DNA of 64,000 nt from Tubulanus polymorphus (Eukaryota > Animalia > Nemertea): NCBI RefSeq assembly GCF_964204645.1, contig NC_134030.1, positions 21,722,210-21,786,209 of the forward strand. Direction: 5' to 3'. A program made the position numbers and the translations under genes. The stretch's first letter is position 1. Each line of letters opens with the position of its first letter. The notes beneath the pieces are model-generated. The model ran no database searches. It had not been told where the DNA came from and saw only the letters and a list, made by a program, of their open reading frames with translations. Below are positions 39,501-54,500 of this stretch, in pieces.

Positions 39501-42500
39501 TTTTAATTTGTAATATGGGACAAAGCTTCTTGGACCGGGACAATAGGATCACGCACAACTCACCAGAACAAAGGATTCTTTTCATGAGTGCGATAGATAC
39601 GCCACCTATCGTTGATATGTATTGTTGCAAAAACAAATAAACTATATTACAATATAATTATGTCGGGAGTTACACCGTTACATTTCCGTCGATTCAAATT
39701 TCGACGCCCTTGATAAACACACATTCCTCGGAGCGCAAGTAATATTTTACCATGTTTTATGGACGGACGTTTTCTCGATTTTGCACCGATCAGTGAAATT
39801 GAAGTGGATAAACATGATATCATCCAAAAATGTATTTGCATCTTTATCTTTCAGATTTTCCCGATGAAATTGAATCACCAGATACTTTCACCGGAGAACC
39901 TGACATTAGAAATGAAGGAGAAGTTGTAGAATATACTTGTAGAACAGTGATAGGAAGACCCGATCCTACAGTGATATACCAACAGAAGAGAAGAGGTTCT
40001 GAACGATGGAAGCCAATTCCTGATCCACAACCTCGTAAAGTACCTCTCAAAATGGGTTTAAAAGGTTTTGACACGACGTACAAGTTCAAAGCTGATTTCA
40101 AACTGCACAATGGAACGTCATTTCGATGTGCTGTAAAGGAGAACCTTACGTTTCCAGAACCTCAGCAATTTAATCAAATCATTGTTCATTGTAAGTAACA
40201 GTTTCTTTTTCGAATTCGAGAAATAAATAATTTTCCCTGCAACAATACAGACCCCAGTGGTAGTACAGACCTATCCACACATATAGTATGACACAATGTA
40301 ACCATGCTAAGGAGGAACATGGCAGAGTCTCGCGATGTCATCAGGTTCAAATCCCTGCTAGGGAGGAACGTGGCAGAGTCTCACGATGTCATCAGGTTCA
40401 AATCCCTGCTAGGGAGGAACGTGGCAGAGTCTCACGATGTAATCAGGTTCGAATTCCTGCGCCGCCGAGGGAAGAATGTGGCAGAGTCTCACGATGCCAT
40501 CAAGTTCAAATCCCTGCTGAGGGAGGATGTGTCTACTAGGACAGGGGTTTGTACTGTGACAGAGTCTCACGATGTCATCAGGTTCGAATCCCTGCCGAGG
40601 ATGATGGGTCTACTATGACAGGGCTTAAGAACTGTGCTAGGTTAGATACTAATGTTTCTTTGTTTTTCAATCAGATTTTGCTGCACCAGTTTACAAGAAA
40701 TCCAGTGAAAATGAAACAAATGCAGCGTATATTGTAACAGTTAATAGTTACCCATTGACTCAACAAGTTACATGTGACCCTCCAGCTGTCGTTCAAAAAC
40801 TATCAAACTCTCAGTGGAATATAACGATACCTATCGTAAACAGTACCACAACTGACTATAGAGGGCGGTGTTTGGTTGATGGTATTAATGAAAGGGTTAT
40901 TGATGTCGCTGGTTATCATCACGCCGGTCCAACTGATGAACCAGGTAAGATTCCGGGTCACGACTGGATGAATTTTACATGAATTTGAAGATTCAAATGA
41001 TTCAATTCCATGACATTATAAAACTCGAGGCCATCATCTCTTAACTCGAAATCATTTCTACACAATCAAACAATTTACTTATGAAAGTCGTTATTTTCTA
41101 AATTGTCACAAAACCTATTAATATATTTCAAAGTCTCAATTTACTAAGTCATTTGTCATTATTATTGGGTCTCATTTTACTAGGTGTAAGTCGTCATTCA
41201 TTTAAAGCGTCACATACATACATATTACAAAAAAATAATTTTTGTATTTTACCTAAAGTGTAAATCATTTAGATTAGTCAGCACAGCGGAGGAGTCTCGT
41301 GACGTCATCAGATTTTAAATCCGTGCGCGATGACGTAATTCTCTGTGTCGTCAGAATTGAGCGTTTTCTATTATTATCTGTGAATTCATCACATTCAAAT
41401 ATTACACAATGATTTAGCATCTTTAACTTTCTATCTTGAGGCTGTTTGACCCAAAGGAACAATTAATTTTCTCCCATTTTAAAAACAACTTATTTACTTT
41501 ATTCAGAGACTATTTGAGCTTTGAAATTAAGGAACAATTAATTTTTGTTTGACCTAGTTAATTATTCAATTAAATTGCTGTTACTTTTATCAATAGTTAC
41601 AATGGAACTATTTCTAGCTTTATATAATTCAATTCAATCGCATCACCGATTAGTTTGAATTTCCGTTTCAGATGCAGGAAATGGAGGAATAGTGGCTGGT
41701 GTTGTAATCGGTATATTACTGATATTACTGATTCTAATAATACTGTTTATACTGTGGCGTCGTGGCTGCTGTAAGTTTTACATAAAACCATCAATAAATC
41801 TGAAAAACAATAATAAACAAACTGCAGAAATGAAATACTCTATTAGGGGTAGAAAACCTAATGATGAACTGGTGGAAATTGTTAGTTCTATAATATTTCA
41901 TATACAGAATGCTAGAAATCCAAAAGTAGTGTACACAGCTGGAAGAATTCAGGGGTCCCAAGGTGGCCAGATACAGTTCATTCTCAATTATCTGTTCAAA
42001 TTTTATTCATGCAATTGAATTCAAGAATGTTTGGAACTTAGAAGAACAGAATGTTATCATTTCTGGGATTCAGCACGGGTTGGGTCGTAGTTTCAGATGG
42101 CTGCAAACATGAAATGTTGCTACGACCAAACATTCACCGGTTCCATAAAAATCGTTTTGATAGAAACCGCCGCCATAGGTTTTCTTAGCCTCCAGGAGAA
42201 GCTACTAAGTAACATCGTTCTCTTCACAAATAACGGTGTTTGAAAAAGTATCCATTTTATAATGTTTAGCATCATTCAACTTTCAATCAATTTTCTAGAC
42301 ACAATACGCGCATTATTCAAACCAGAATTTAGATGCACGAGACGCATTAAAAATCTAAAGCCAGAATATGCATAATGTTTATTTATTTTCGTCTGACATC
42401 GATCACTTTCAGATCTGAATCAGTGCGGTCTAAATAAAATATCGTTTTTATATCTATTGTAAAATGCAGCATTAATTGAATTATCTAATGGCGAATGAAT

Positions 42501-45500
42501 TACTCGTAGATGCACAGTCTTCGGTACAGGCTCGATACAAGTCTCTGCGGGGTCATCAATCAACGTTGATAGGTTAAGATTTCTTGCCTACGTAGGTTCT
42601 GCATTTTCTCGTTGGGAAGTATCGTTAAGTTGTTGGGTGACGATAGTAATAAATTATCACATATGCCTACCGGGTATCGGTAATGAAAACTTGCGCCCGG
42701 TTCCTTGTCCCAGTTACCATTTATTGCCAACTAGAAGAAATTCCGTAAATCTCTGATTCCGAAAAATGACAGTACCGGTTTAAACTCGAAAAAGTTACGC
42801 AGTATCATTGGTTCAATTGTCTCATGGCATTAGTATCCATGACTATCTTTAGTGGGTGGCTCCATGAATATCCAAATCACACTGTTTCTTTATTGGGTTG
42901 ATTTGTCAGGTGAATGTGCATCGTGTAAATAAACAGTATTTCTGTTTTCTAATTTACAGTACCGTGTTTGGGTCCGAAATCTAAAGATGTGATTGAATTG
43001 TTGCGTTGGACAAGTGAAACCTGGTATGAAAAAGGTAAGATTCTCTCACATGATTTACTGCACATATTCTCAGATATCGGTTTGATAATTTTAGGTGTTG
43101 TTTTCTCTTTGTAGATCATGAGAATTGGGTGAAAACACGTGACCAACTGCAGCCGGGTATTCATAGAATTATTAACCCTTTATTTCTATTACCTGTAGAA
43201 TATCTTGCATGAATAGAGTTCATAGTTTTAGAAATCATCCACTAATCATCTGAAAGATACACAACTGATTTTGCTTCATTATCTAAACTGTAATTATCAA
43301 TTTAAGTTTATGGTTAACAACGTAATTTCTTGAAGATTTCTTGAGAATTGTTTGATCAATTGTGTTGATATTTCGTCTATATATGTTTTAACACACATCT
43401 GCAGTCTTTCTGGTGCATGCCTAGCGATCATTGTTCTTTAAAGAAATCAGCATTTCATGCACATTTTCGAAGTCTATGGGAAATTTCAAAGATATTTGGC
43501 TCATTTTTATTGAGGTCTGAAGTGGACAAAACAACATGCTCCGTAAAAGACATTGGCTTGATCGAAATCAAGATGACTAATTTTCGATTTTCGTTTTCAA
43601 AAATCAGTACTATTTGCACATCATATTTTGAGGTTTTCTAGAGAAATTTTAATAGATTCTTTAATCTATTTTTTTTAATGTTTGGTTTATACATGTATCT
43701 ACCCTAGATGTATCAGCAGTTCTAAAAATGAATAGTTGGAATCAAGACTGGCGGCTATTGTTACTCGGCAGGGCGGTTAAAACGACCCTCTCCTTTTTTA
43801 CCAGGTCTAGAGGCTTTAAAAGATGGTCGTTTCTCAATATTTGTTTATTATGGAAATCTTCTTTCTGACCAGAAACTAGTCCATATTCACTTACGTGGAA
43901 ATCCTGGACTTCACTTGTAGCAAGTGAGGATCCACCAGGTGCAAGGAGGCAATTCCTTGCTATTTTTAGAGTCTGACCTTTTCGTGAGAAAGAAGAAAAA
44001 GCATGTGAAAATCCCTGATAATGTGTTTGCCTAAGCGTTGTTGTCGTCGTTAACCGGCGCTTTTTTCGGCAATCCTCCAGTTCATGGTGTTTCATCGATC
44101 GTTCATTGATGTGTTTGGTTGAATGACTGGACTGGTTCCGGGTCAGACGTATTGTCTGATCGTGCCTAGAACGCGTCACCACGCATCTAATTTTAAAACG
44201 TTTTCCGCGGGAGGACGCCCACTAATTTAACCCCTCCCTCAAATCCTGGATCCGCCACGTAAGATGCGGCAATTGAGAATTCCCATTGAAAATCAACTAT
44301 ACACGAGAAACGTTTTTGGATGTCGTTTTTTCATGTTTATCTGTAGCTAATATTTGTGTTGTTTGTTTAACAGTTGAAACTGGAGACTTTGAGGTCATTG
44401 AAAGGTCATTAAGTCCAGGTATATATTTAATGGTTATTGTAATTTCATTTCAATAAAACAATATAAACTCAGATAATTCAGTTATAAATCAACTACTTGT
44501 TCGTAACGTCGATGAATTCATTTAAACAATTAATTTATTGTCAATTTTTCTTTCTAGAAATTGTTAGAATAATTGTCGATATTTATGGAACTAAGAATGA
44601 TTGGGAGTTAACGAGGGATAAGGATAAACAAGGTAAGAGGAGTGATGACTCAGTTGCCAAGGTAAGAGCCAAACCGGCTGATTTGTTTGTTGCAACCCGG
44701 GGCCGGGCTTATAGACTGGTGTTAACTTTAAACCCGGGGGTTAATCTAATTAATTTTCAATTGAGTTAACCCTCTGGTTAAAGATAATACCCGCCTATAA
44801 AACCGGGTCCTGCATACAATACTGTACCGGAATATAACACTTCCCCGGGCCTCCTATCTTCATCCAGCAGTAATTCAAACTGTTTGATGCTCAGTTTATT
44901 CAAATATTGAAAAAAATGCTTTCTATATTTCATTTCAGCAATAGCTATCAGAGAATTTCTGTTTGGACAGTTATCAAGTGATCAAAGTAAGTAATTGTTT
45001 ACCTATAGTTTGTTTTAAGTTTATGTACGCATGGGATGTATGTAAACATGCGCATGTGAGTTATGTGAACATGCACATGTGAGTAATGTGTACATGTACA
45101 TTTGATTGATACATAGTAAGTTGTGAGTTGGGTAAACATGTTCATGTAAGTTAACATGCACATGTGATTAGTTTACGTGTTTTAAGTTAACACAAGTTTG
45201 ATCAATGTTTATATTTTCAGGTATGTTAGATTTGGTGAAAGAAATTCTAAGTAAGTTCACGAAATGACTTAATATTTCCTCTTCAACTCGAATCGTGGAT
45301 TCAAATGTGTTTATAATTATCTGTTGACAGGAAAATACGTGAGAATAAACGATTTAAAAACGAAACTATCAAATGAGATCGGTAAGAGTTGATTGAATTC
45401 AGTTATTGATTTATGAGTTTATTGATTATTATTCTACTGTCAACTCATTTTGTAAATGTATTACAGATACATTACTGAACAAGAAGAGGTCAATAGATGG

Positions 45501-48500
45501 CGCTGATGCAGTTTATAATAGAGATGAAGGTACATGATTATTTACTGTTCAAATAAAATATTCAGCTTTGCTGATAGAAATGTAGTGAATTCTATTCAAC
45601 ATGGCCGCATGGCAGCCTTTTGGCAATAATCTATAAACCTGATAGAAGCGACCAATTGGGAATTTGTAATAATTCAGTGTGTTAATTTCGTAAATGGAAT
45701 GTTACTCTAATGTCATTTTTTTGCCTAAATTCGTACCGTTTTGGCCAAATTGGATGCATCAAAATTAGTGATGGAAATTTCATCTTAAACATATCAGACT
45801 AGGAGCTTCAGAAATACTCAAGTTACAACAAAATAATCAGATTTACACAATCCAGAACAAAAAAACTAATTGAGAAATAAGATGTGATATAAATCAGGGG
45901 TAATGATACAGCATGAAACAAAATTTCAAATGAACCAATTTCAAATCTATTTTTTCCGTGTTTCAGATGAAATTCATGTTAGTTTTATGACGCAATCTAA
46001 TGAAGAGAAAAGACCCCTGACAGACAAAGAGAAACAGTTCATCAGAGATGGTCAGTAAAACTATGAATTCTAACTCTGAGTTCCAGTTTGATGTCGGGTT
46101 CACCACACAGATTTACTGAGAGTCTAAAAAAGTGTTTAAAGAAAGCTGTTTACAGGACTTACTAACGACAATTGCTAACTTTTTGGAAAAAGGTCTTCCG
46201 CATTTTTCAAGTTTTATACAGATGTCTGTTAGTAATGATTATTCTTTTAGTGACCAGGGTTCAGTGATTCACCGTGTCACCAATGTTATAGATATTTATA
46301 GATTTGTAAAATGAAGCAAGCGCCAATAGAGGAACTGCTCTGTGTGAATCACATTGAGCTTTTTTTGTGAAGTTTCAAATCCCCAGTAAACGGTTGTAAT
46401 GAATTTCTATATTTTCAGTTGATTTAGCAGTTGTATCTATTGTTGATTTTTTTGCTATAATTTCCGGTAGGTTCCATAAATCATTTCAGTAAAAATACTG
46501 TGGAGTTTGTTGTGGAATCATTGAATAATTGATTGTGTTTATTTTTACTGTAGATGCTGAATTATGTGAACGAGGGATATTGGACATTAAACGTAGGTTT
46601 TAATTCTCATTTTATCCTCAACTGAGTTTATAAATACATGTGCTCTATAATCTACTGTACATGTTCTCTGTACATGTACATGTGAGTTTTCTGTACATGT
46701 ACCTGTGAGTTCTCTGTATTTAAAAGTATCGTAACTTGAAAGTTCTGTGGTAAATACTTTTTCGTTATATTTCAGCTACTGTTGAAATTGCTGGTAAGTT
46801 ATAATATTCACTACGATGTTTAAACTGGTGCTAAGTCTGTTAATTGAAATATCGCTGTATCTATTTATAGAAATGTTTGTGAAAGAAACACTTCAAACAG
46901 AAGTTAAACAACAGAATGGTGAGTGTTCGGTTAATCTAGGAATCTATCAAGGGAGGAGGGCTTACAACTATAAACTGATTAGAAATTAAACATATTTTGT
47001 TTAATTACAGAAAATCTCGTCACACAAATAGAAAACCAGAAAATACACGATGAAACAAAGACAGGTTTGTTATCGAATAATCTAATTATCGTAATATTTA
47101 TGCGTTAATCAAGATATTGTCAATGAATCTTTTAAATACAATTTAACCTCACAATAGTAAATAATTGAAGCCCTGTCAGTTATTCTGATTGATCAAAGGA
47201 TATTTTGATGGAAACTGTTCATAATGGTTGGTATTACAGAAATGGACGTCGCCGACCGGGACCGTTTTGTAAAAAAAGATATTTGTGGTAAGAACGAAAA
47301 TATGATCATTTGAATATCCATTTCTTATTTTTTAGAAAAAATTGTTTTGGATTTCTGAGGTACAAATAAAATTTACTTAATCCGGAACGAACAATTGGCA
47401 CCGATCAAATTCATCCTCTTTATGAAACCCAGATGTATATGGATGAAATTCTAGTTTGAACTGATCTGGTCAATATTTATGTTATTCTATTCATGTGTTC
47501 ATTTGTAGAATCAGTTTTATTGGCGTCAAGTTTGCAGAAATTAGAAGAGAACAAACATTCGACTGAACTATATGATAAAAGTAAGTGTAAACTTTCTTTG
47601 TCCCTAGAACTAAATTTACAGAGTATTTGATGACCATGAATTGAAGATGAAATTTATTGATGTCATCAGATCGTCATAGGCATCTGTTTTGATTCAGAGC
47701 CAAGTTTTAAGTGGTGTTAAACTAAGAATGTATCTAAGAGACAGTTTGTATCGATATGAATACTCTTCAGACCAAGTTTTTCATCAGTTGTTAGAAAGTA
47801 ACGCAGTGTAATTGTTTCAATTGTCTGCTTAAAATCAATCATAGCTTGAACAAACCAGGTTTCGACTGTCATGCATATTAGATTCCAATGGGTTGGCTCC
47901 GAGAAAATCCGAATTACATCATCATTAGAGGATGGCCCCGCGTGGACGTGGCATCGATATGTTCAATTACTGGGAAATGAGTTTCTGTTTTGTTAATTCA
48001 GTTGTTCATCTGTTTTCAGATATTTATGAAATAAGCCGAGATGTTTTAGGTAAGAACTAAATATAGCGATATACCAAGCAATAAATCGAGAAATAATATC
48101 GAGGTCTAGGGTCGAAAGCTACGGAAACGGGGACATAATTAATTTTTTCATTTTTTTCTGATTGACAAATCATAAAATTAAGTAGAAATTCGATTCTTTA
48201 TTAAATGTTATATTTTTTCGATCGGTCAAAAAGGAAAAAATAAATATTCCGTGAAAAAATGTCGGAATTAAATCAACGCTGGTCGAAATAACATTTAATA
48301 AAAAATCGATTTTTTATTTAATTTTATAATTTTTCAATCAGCAAAAAAATAGGAAAATTTATTATGTCCCCAGGACGTTTCTGTAGAAAGCAGACGCTCT
48401 AAAAGAAATTACCAGTTGACAAATTGTAAATGATATTTTCTAGTTGTTTTTCGTGATTTTCTGTTTGAACAAAAACTTGTTGCATTGAATTTATTTTAAA

Positions 48501-51500
48501 TGTTTGAATAGATGAAAAAGGAAGCCTCGATGTTGCCGGATGGTGTGTTGTAATCGTGAATAAATTTCTTTTTTTCAGAAATTAAATTGAAAATCGCAGT
48601 TTTTAAATCTATCAAAGGTAAGAGATCTATGTAAGGATTGCATCAGAATCAGCAGGGTTTATTCCATCATTTTCATCAAAGCTCAATTTTTTCCAAGAAC
48701 TCAATTTCTCAATGTTTTCACGGTGAATCACTTGTAGAATTGTATGCTGGACGAGCTGAGAGATTTCTGAAAGAACTCGAAGAGAAACTGAAACAAGTGG
48801 AAAATGAAGAGAGTAAAAATGAGGAGGAATTGAACAGAATAATTCACAGTTCAGTTTGTCAGGCGTTTAAATATATCACTGATATGAATGAAAGTAAATA
48901 TCGATTTTGTATCTCAAATTATACACACATGTGGCAAAGTACATACACATAAAATGATTATGTTTACACATGTTACATGCACATGTGCACAAACACGTAA
49001 CATGTACATGTGTATTATACTCGAAATGTTCTACGCACAATGTATTGTTACATATTTCATTTAGAGTTAGATTATAAAACATGTTTATTGATGTAACAGT
49101 GATTTTCATCGCGATTCGTGTGAGAAGGTCTGAAGTAATGGCGGATGGGATATATCACTCACTGGTTTTCCCGAGCCTTAGAGTTCACTGGTACCAGAAT
49201 TCAGCCGTTCCAAAGAACTCTAAAAGACACTGGGGAAGAATTTATCAGAACTTTAAACTGATAGTAAAAGAGTTTATTTTACGAACGTCGTCTTCTCTAT
49301 AAGAGCATGCATGCATAGGACATTTTACAGAATGGCGCCCGAAACCGACATAAACCCACTCAGCCCCTCCTCACATTTCATGTGAATGTACGTACATGTT
49401 ACATGTGAACATGTTACATGTGAACACGTAATGAATTAATGTACTTGTAACATGCTCATGTAAATTAATGCACATGTAACATGTTGGTTCTCTGATAAAT
49501 TTCAGGAAATCTTATGGATAATAAAGTTGTAGGATATGGAGGTTTGTATATAATTCACATGTTTCAATCACAAACCAGTTTTTATCATAAATAATCTGTT
49601 TGATTTTCTCTATTTATATTTCAGTGAGTCCAGAAGAGATAAGTGAGTTCTGATTGATATTTATAAATGTTATCAGTACAGTAGACTGCGCGCTTGCCTC
49701 TGATTTCATGTTGTAATTTGTCATATTTACCTGTTTATAAGTTGTTTGTGATGTTAGTGATTTTCTATATTGATAGATTCTAAACTACATGAATTAGCCG
49801 ATAAAGAGTTTGAAGATAGGAAATTAGGTACTGTACACATTACAAAGTGTAAAATTCACATTTTTAGCCAACTTGGGACTTAAGTCCCAGTGGGCTATTG
49901 CGTTCACTCTTCGTCCGTCGTCCGTCCGTAGACGGAATCCAGTTATTTTGGGAAGTTTTGAAGACGCTTCTTTGCATTGTTTTGATATTGGATTTATACA
50001 TGTATCTACCCTTGACACATCTTCTGCTCATAAACTGGCCCAGTTAGTCAAGATGGTCGAATGGCGACCATCTCTGCATTTCTCGCCGTTTTGAAGTTCT
50101 AAAGGCAAATTTAGGTTCTATCTCAACTATTTATAATCTGTTTGTAAATGGCCATAAAGGCTTCGTGTTTCGTCTGCAATTCACTGCAAATAGTTATATT
50201 TTACTACGTATGCCAATCTATATGTTTTAGACTGCTGTACACTCGTTTGATCCACTCAATCGTAACAGTTCCTATCTAGCTTCACTGCGTCATTATCATT
50301 TATTAACTTCGCCATATCACATCATATACTTACATTGTGCCTTAAAACACTAAGAACTGAAATAATGGAAATTTATGCACAGCCAAAATACTGAAGTGCG
50401 GCCATTTTTGCTTTCTGCTGCTTTGCGTAAAACCCGCGCGGTGGCGAATCCGCGCGCGTGGAGTGGGGCCAAAACTTCCAGAGACCAATAGAACTAGTCC
50501 ACTGGACCAGTATCAATACAGCTTCTCCTAAATGCGTAACACTGTGATCTTTTTGTGCCCAACAAATTAACTTTGCCCTGAATTCCGAAACTGTAGCTTC
50601 CGATTGGTTGCCATATATCACTGATATTCGTGTTGGGTACTATGTGATGTGTTTACTTTGAAAAGTGATCTTAAACATATCAGACCGGGTTTTCCGATAA
50701 GTTGACGTTGAATCGAATAATGAAATTTTCTGATTGTTGAGCATTTCAAATCACTTCCCAACCGGGTGTGGTGTCCCTGGAACCCTAGTTTTATGTTTTA
50801 AATCTTATTGATGTTTATTATCAATGTTTATTACAGTCGGTTACTTCAATACTTTAAAGACACCTGAAGAAATATTGCCTCTAACACTGAATATACCGGC
50901 ACAACTCCGCACCGGTAAGTGACTACCCTGAAACTGTATGTTTGTTATTCAGATTGTAATAATTGTAATAAATTGTGATAATTTTGTTTGGAATTCAACA
51001 CTAGACTATGCCTTAAATGAGTTGAGAATCAGGCAAATCCGTTTATCATTATTTCCAAAACTTTTATTCTCTTCGAATTTCATTTAATTTTTGTAGAGTT
51101 GGATTCAGCTGAACGAGATCCAGTTATTCTGTGGTATCGAGCAGGTATTGTATAAGTCTGTTATAAATCTAACCTGTTTAATGCCACTGATCTCTTATAA
51201 CGCCTACTTTTTTCCCAGTGAACAAATCCCGTAAATCTGACTTAAATTCAAAGGAAATACCATTCTTCATAACGCCATTTCATCAGTGGCATAAGGAAGG
51301 ACTTTTACTGTGAAAACTAAATTTTCAGCTTCCTATGAGCACCAGCCTGAAATATTCTGCAACTGATTTTTGTCCCCGTTTAGATGATTAACTCTTCTAA
51401 GTTCTTGTTAAAAATCCTTAAACTGCGGTATTCGTTAGGAATACCAGAAAATGCTCTTCTATCATATGCCGGATGTTTAGGAACAGACCTTGAACACGAT

Positions 51501-54500
51501 GTTCTAATCCCCTGCTTTACTGGTCTTTTAAATGTCCAGCGGAACTGAATGTCTTTAAGCAACAAAAGTTTAGAATTGAAACCGCACTCAATGAATGTAG
51601 TGTCTATATTTTTTTGTTTTATATGAATTTCAGTGGAATATTTCAAGGATGAATTCATTAGCGCAATACAATCTGATGAATCATTGAAAACTGCTACTCA
51701 AACTGCTTTAGATAACAGTAAGTTACGTCTACAGTAAACTACATTTACATCTACAGTAAACTACATTTTCATCTACAGTAAACTACATTTTCATCTACAG
51801 TAAACTACATTTACATCTACAGTAAACTACATTTACATCTACAGTAAACTACATATAATACATCTATACATCAACAATTATATATTTATTCACTAAAATT
51901 GTCGATTCTTGAAATGTTTTTCCTTTTTTTAGACTCAAGCAGAACCATTTATTTGCTGAAGAGAGAAAACTGGAAAGGTAAATTGTTTGATGAAATGTGT
52001 GTACAATGTATATTTTCTAAAATCAAAAAATAAATATTTTAAGAACCGTAAATGACTTGTTTATTTCAATCACTTCTATGAATTCATATAAACTGCTGAT
52101 TTTACTGTGTAAAATAATAATTCAACGATTTTCTTCTATTTTCAGTTGTTGATAGAATTTATAATGATGTGAAATCCAGAATACAATCAATTTCTACAGG
52201 TTTGTATTTCAAACGATACGCTATCAATCCTTGTATTAAAATGTAACCGTATTCTCCCCCGGGCAAGCGCCCTTTTTGTGACCCATATCATATCATGTCA
52301 ATGTATCATATATCATGTATCATATATCAGCCGGTATATACACTTGTATAACGGTTTATTCCCATTTCGCCGCTTATTTATTCCGATTTGGCCTTTTTCC
52401 CAATCCACCCCTTTCCTATTTCGTCCCTTTGTTCACATTTTCGCCTCTTTTTGTACATTTTCGAAGAAGTTTAGTTTAATTTTCGGAGGGGCTGAAAAAA
52501 ATGGTAAGGGTGAAATTTGAAAGGAGCGAGATGGAAAGGGGCTAAATGGGAAAGGGGTCTACTAGGAAGGGCAGACATCTTGTATATCAACACGCACGTC
52601 GCATGCACGCACGTCGCACGCACGCACGCAAACGTCCTTAATCATATCACGTTTATGTCATTTATGCTTGTAAAATGTAATTTCGAAGTTGATTAACTTC
52701 ATTTTATTTTTCATCACGGATTGATTCGTTGCTGAATTTACGTTCTATTTCTATTTGTGATTTCAGAGGAATTAAATGAACGAGGAATCGTAGTTTATAT
52801 AAGTGAGTAGAATGCGTGTTTGAATTATTCGTCAATTCCACAGTGTTGAGTTACCCTAAACTCCTTAAACATCAGCAGAAATGAATACTCGTGTAAAAAA
52901 TAAATCTATAAAAGTAATTTTTGAAAGATGATAAAAGCGTTTAGTCGCAATGATATTCTACAAATGAATAAGATTTAAAGAAATTCAGATTTAAATGAAA
53001 AGACAATAGTTATATAGATAAAGTAAACTGTATTAATTAACCTGTTTATATATATATGTTTTCTGTTTTTCAGTAAAAGATGAAACAGCGAGTAAGTACT
53101 GATATCAACTTACACATTAGAGTGAATGATAGCGATTCTCATATAGCTCCTAACTCCAGTAAACAGTTCAGGGTAACTTGAAATGCTGCTCGAAATGCTG
53201 TCTTAAAAAGGAAACATTTCAGAGGCTTCCCAAATTCATCAATGGATAAAATTGCCCGTGGAGGCTTCAGGGGCGGATCTATCCTAGGTTTCTGTGAGTA
53301 CCGCTGAACTGTGGAAGGGTCAGCCTACCTTTATCATAACCCAATACGGTACTCCCTCAGAAAATCGTGAAGTTTTGTAGGAAATATTCATAAAAGAAAT
53401 AAGAAGTTTACCATTTTCGATTATTCGAATTAACCATTTCTATTACTACTACCAGAATATCAGCCGGAAATATAACATACATGTCTGTACAAGTCAATCC
53501 CTGATCAAATTCAAATCAACTCATCGATAATAACTCGCTTGCCAGGAGTAATTTCTTCCTGTTAAAACGAGATTTTCACGAGGAACGTGAAAAATAGAAG
53601 GGTTTTTCTACAAACTGAGTACCGCTCAAAGCGGTAGTAACGGTAGGCTGGATCCACCCCTGTGCGGCTTGTTCCACAAATTTGGGGTACTACATGTACT
53701 ATTACTTCTTCATGGCTCGTAGTATTTGACTCGCAGTGGCTTTCGACTTAAGTGAATAAATCTTTGAAGATGGAAAAACTTTCTTCATTGATCTTCGATA
53801 TCCCGGTTTATTTATAAATCAGTACAATCAATATTCAATCTCTTGTTTATTGACTTGATTTGTAGATGTGAAAGAAGAGCATGTTTCCCTCTCCCTGCAG
53901 TAATCTATTGTGTTTATTCTGTTACAGTGAGTCACATCAAACCAATTATTGCAGACAGAATCCCGGAATTTAAAGGTGAATACATTGTGTAGACTGTTAA
54001 GTTATACTAGCAAAGAACCGGCCGTCCTGAACGGGTTTTATCGTGATTGAGTTTGAGTTGATTATTTTGCTTCTTGTGTGGAAACCACAGTTATTTCGCG
54101 TAAGGTCGACTGTATTTTGTAGGAGGATATTGTGACGCGATAGCAACATAAATAGTTTATATCAGTAATTGTTGACATCATCATAGTTTTCTAAATATGT
54201 CTCTGCTTCTTGCTACGTGCATTGTTACATGTATAATTACAGGCTCACTAGTGACTGTTTTAGAAGAGAAATGTAAAAATTCTTCCAATTGGCTGACCTT
54301 GGTTTATGATATATCTACCACATGGGTTTATGATATATCACTCGTGTGTAAGTTCACAGTGAAATCAGTTTGTGATTTATAATAGAATTCTATTGTATAA
54401 AAACTTGTCTATTGTTTATTTCGTATAGTGTCTGTACTCAGTGAATTAACCAGTAAAACTATAAAGACAAACACAGGTTATTGGAAACAAGTCAAAGAAT

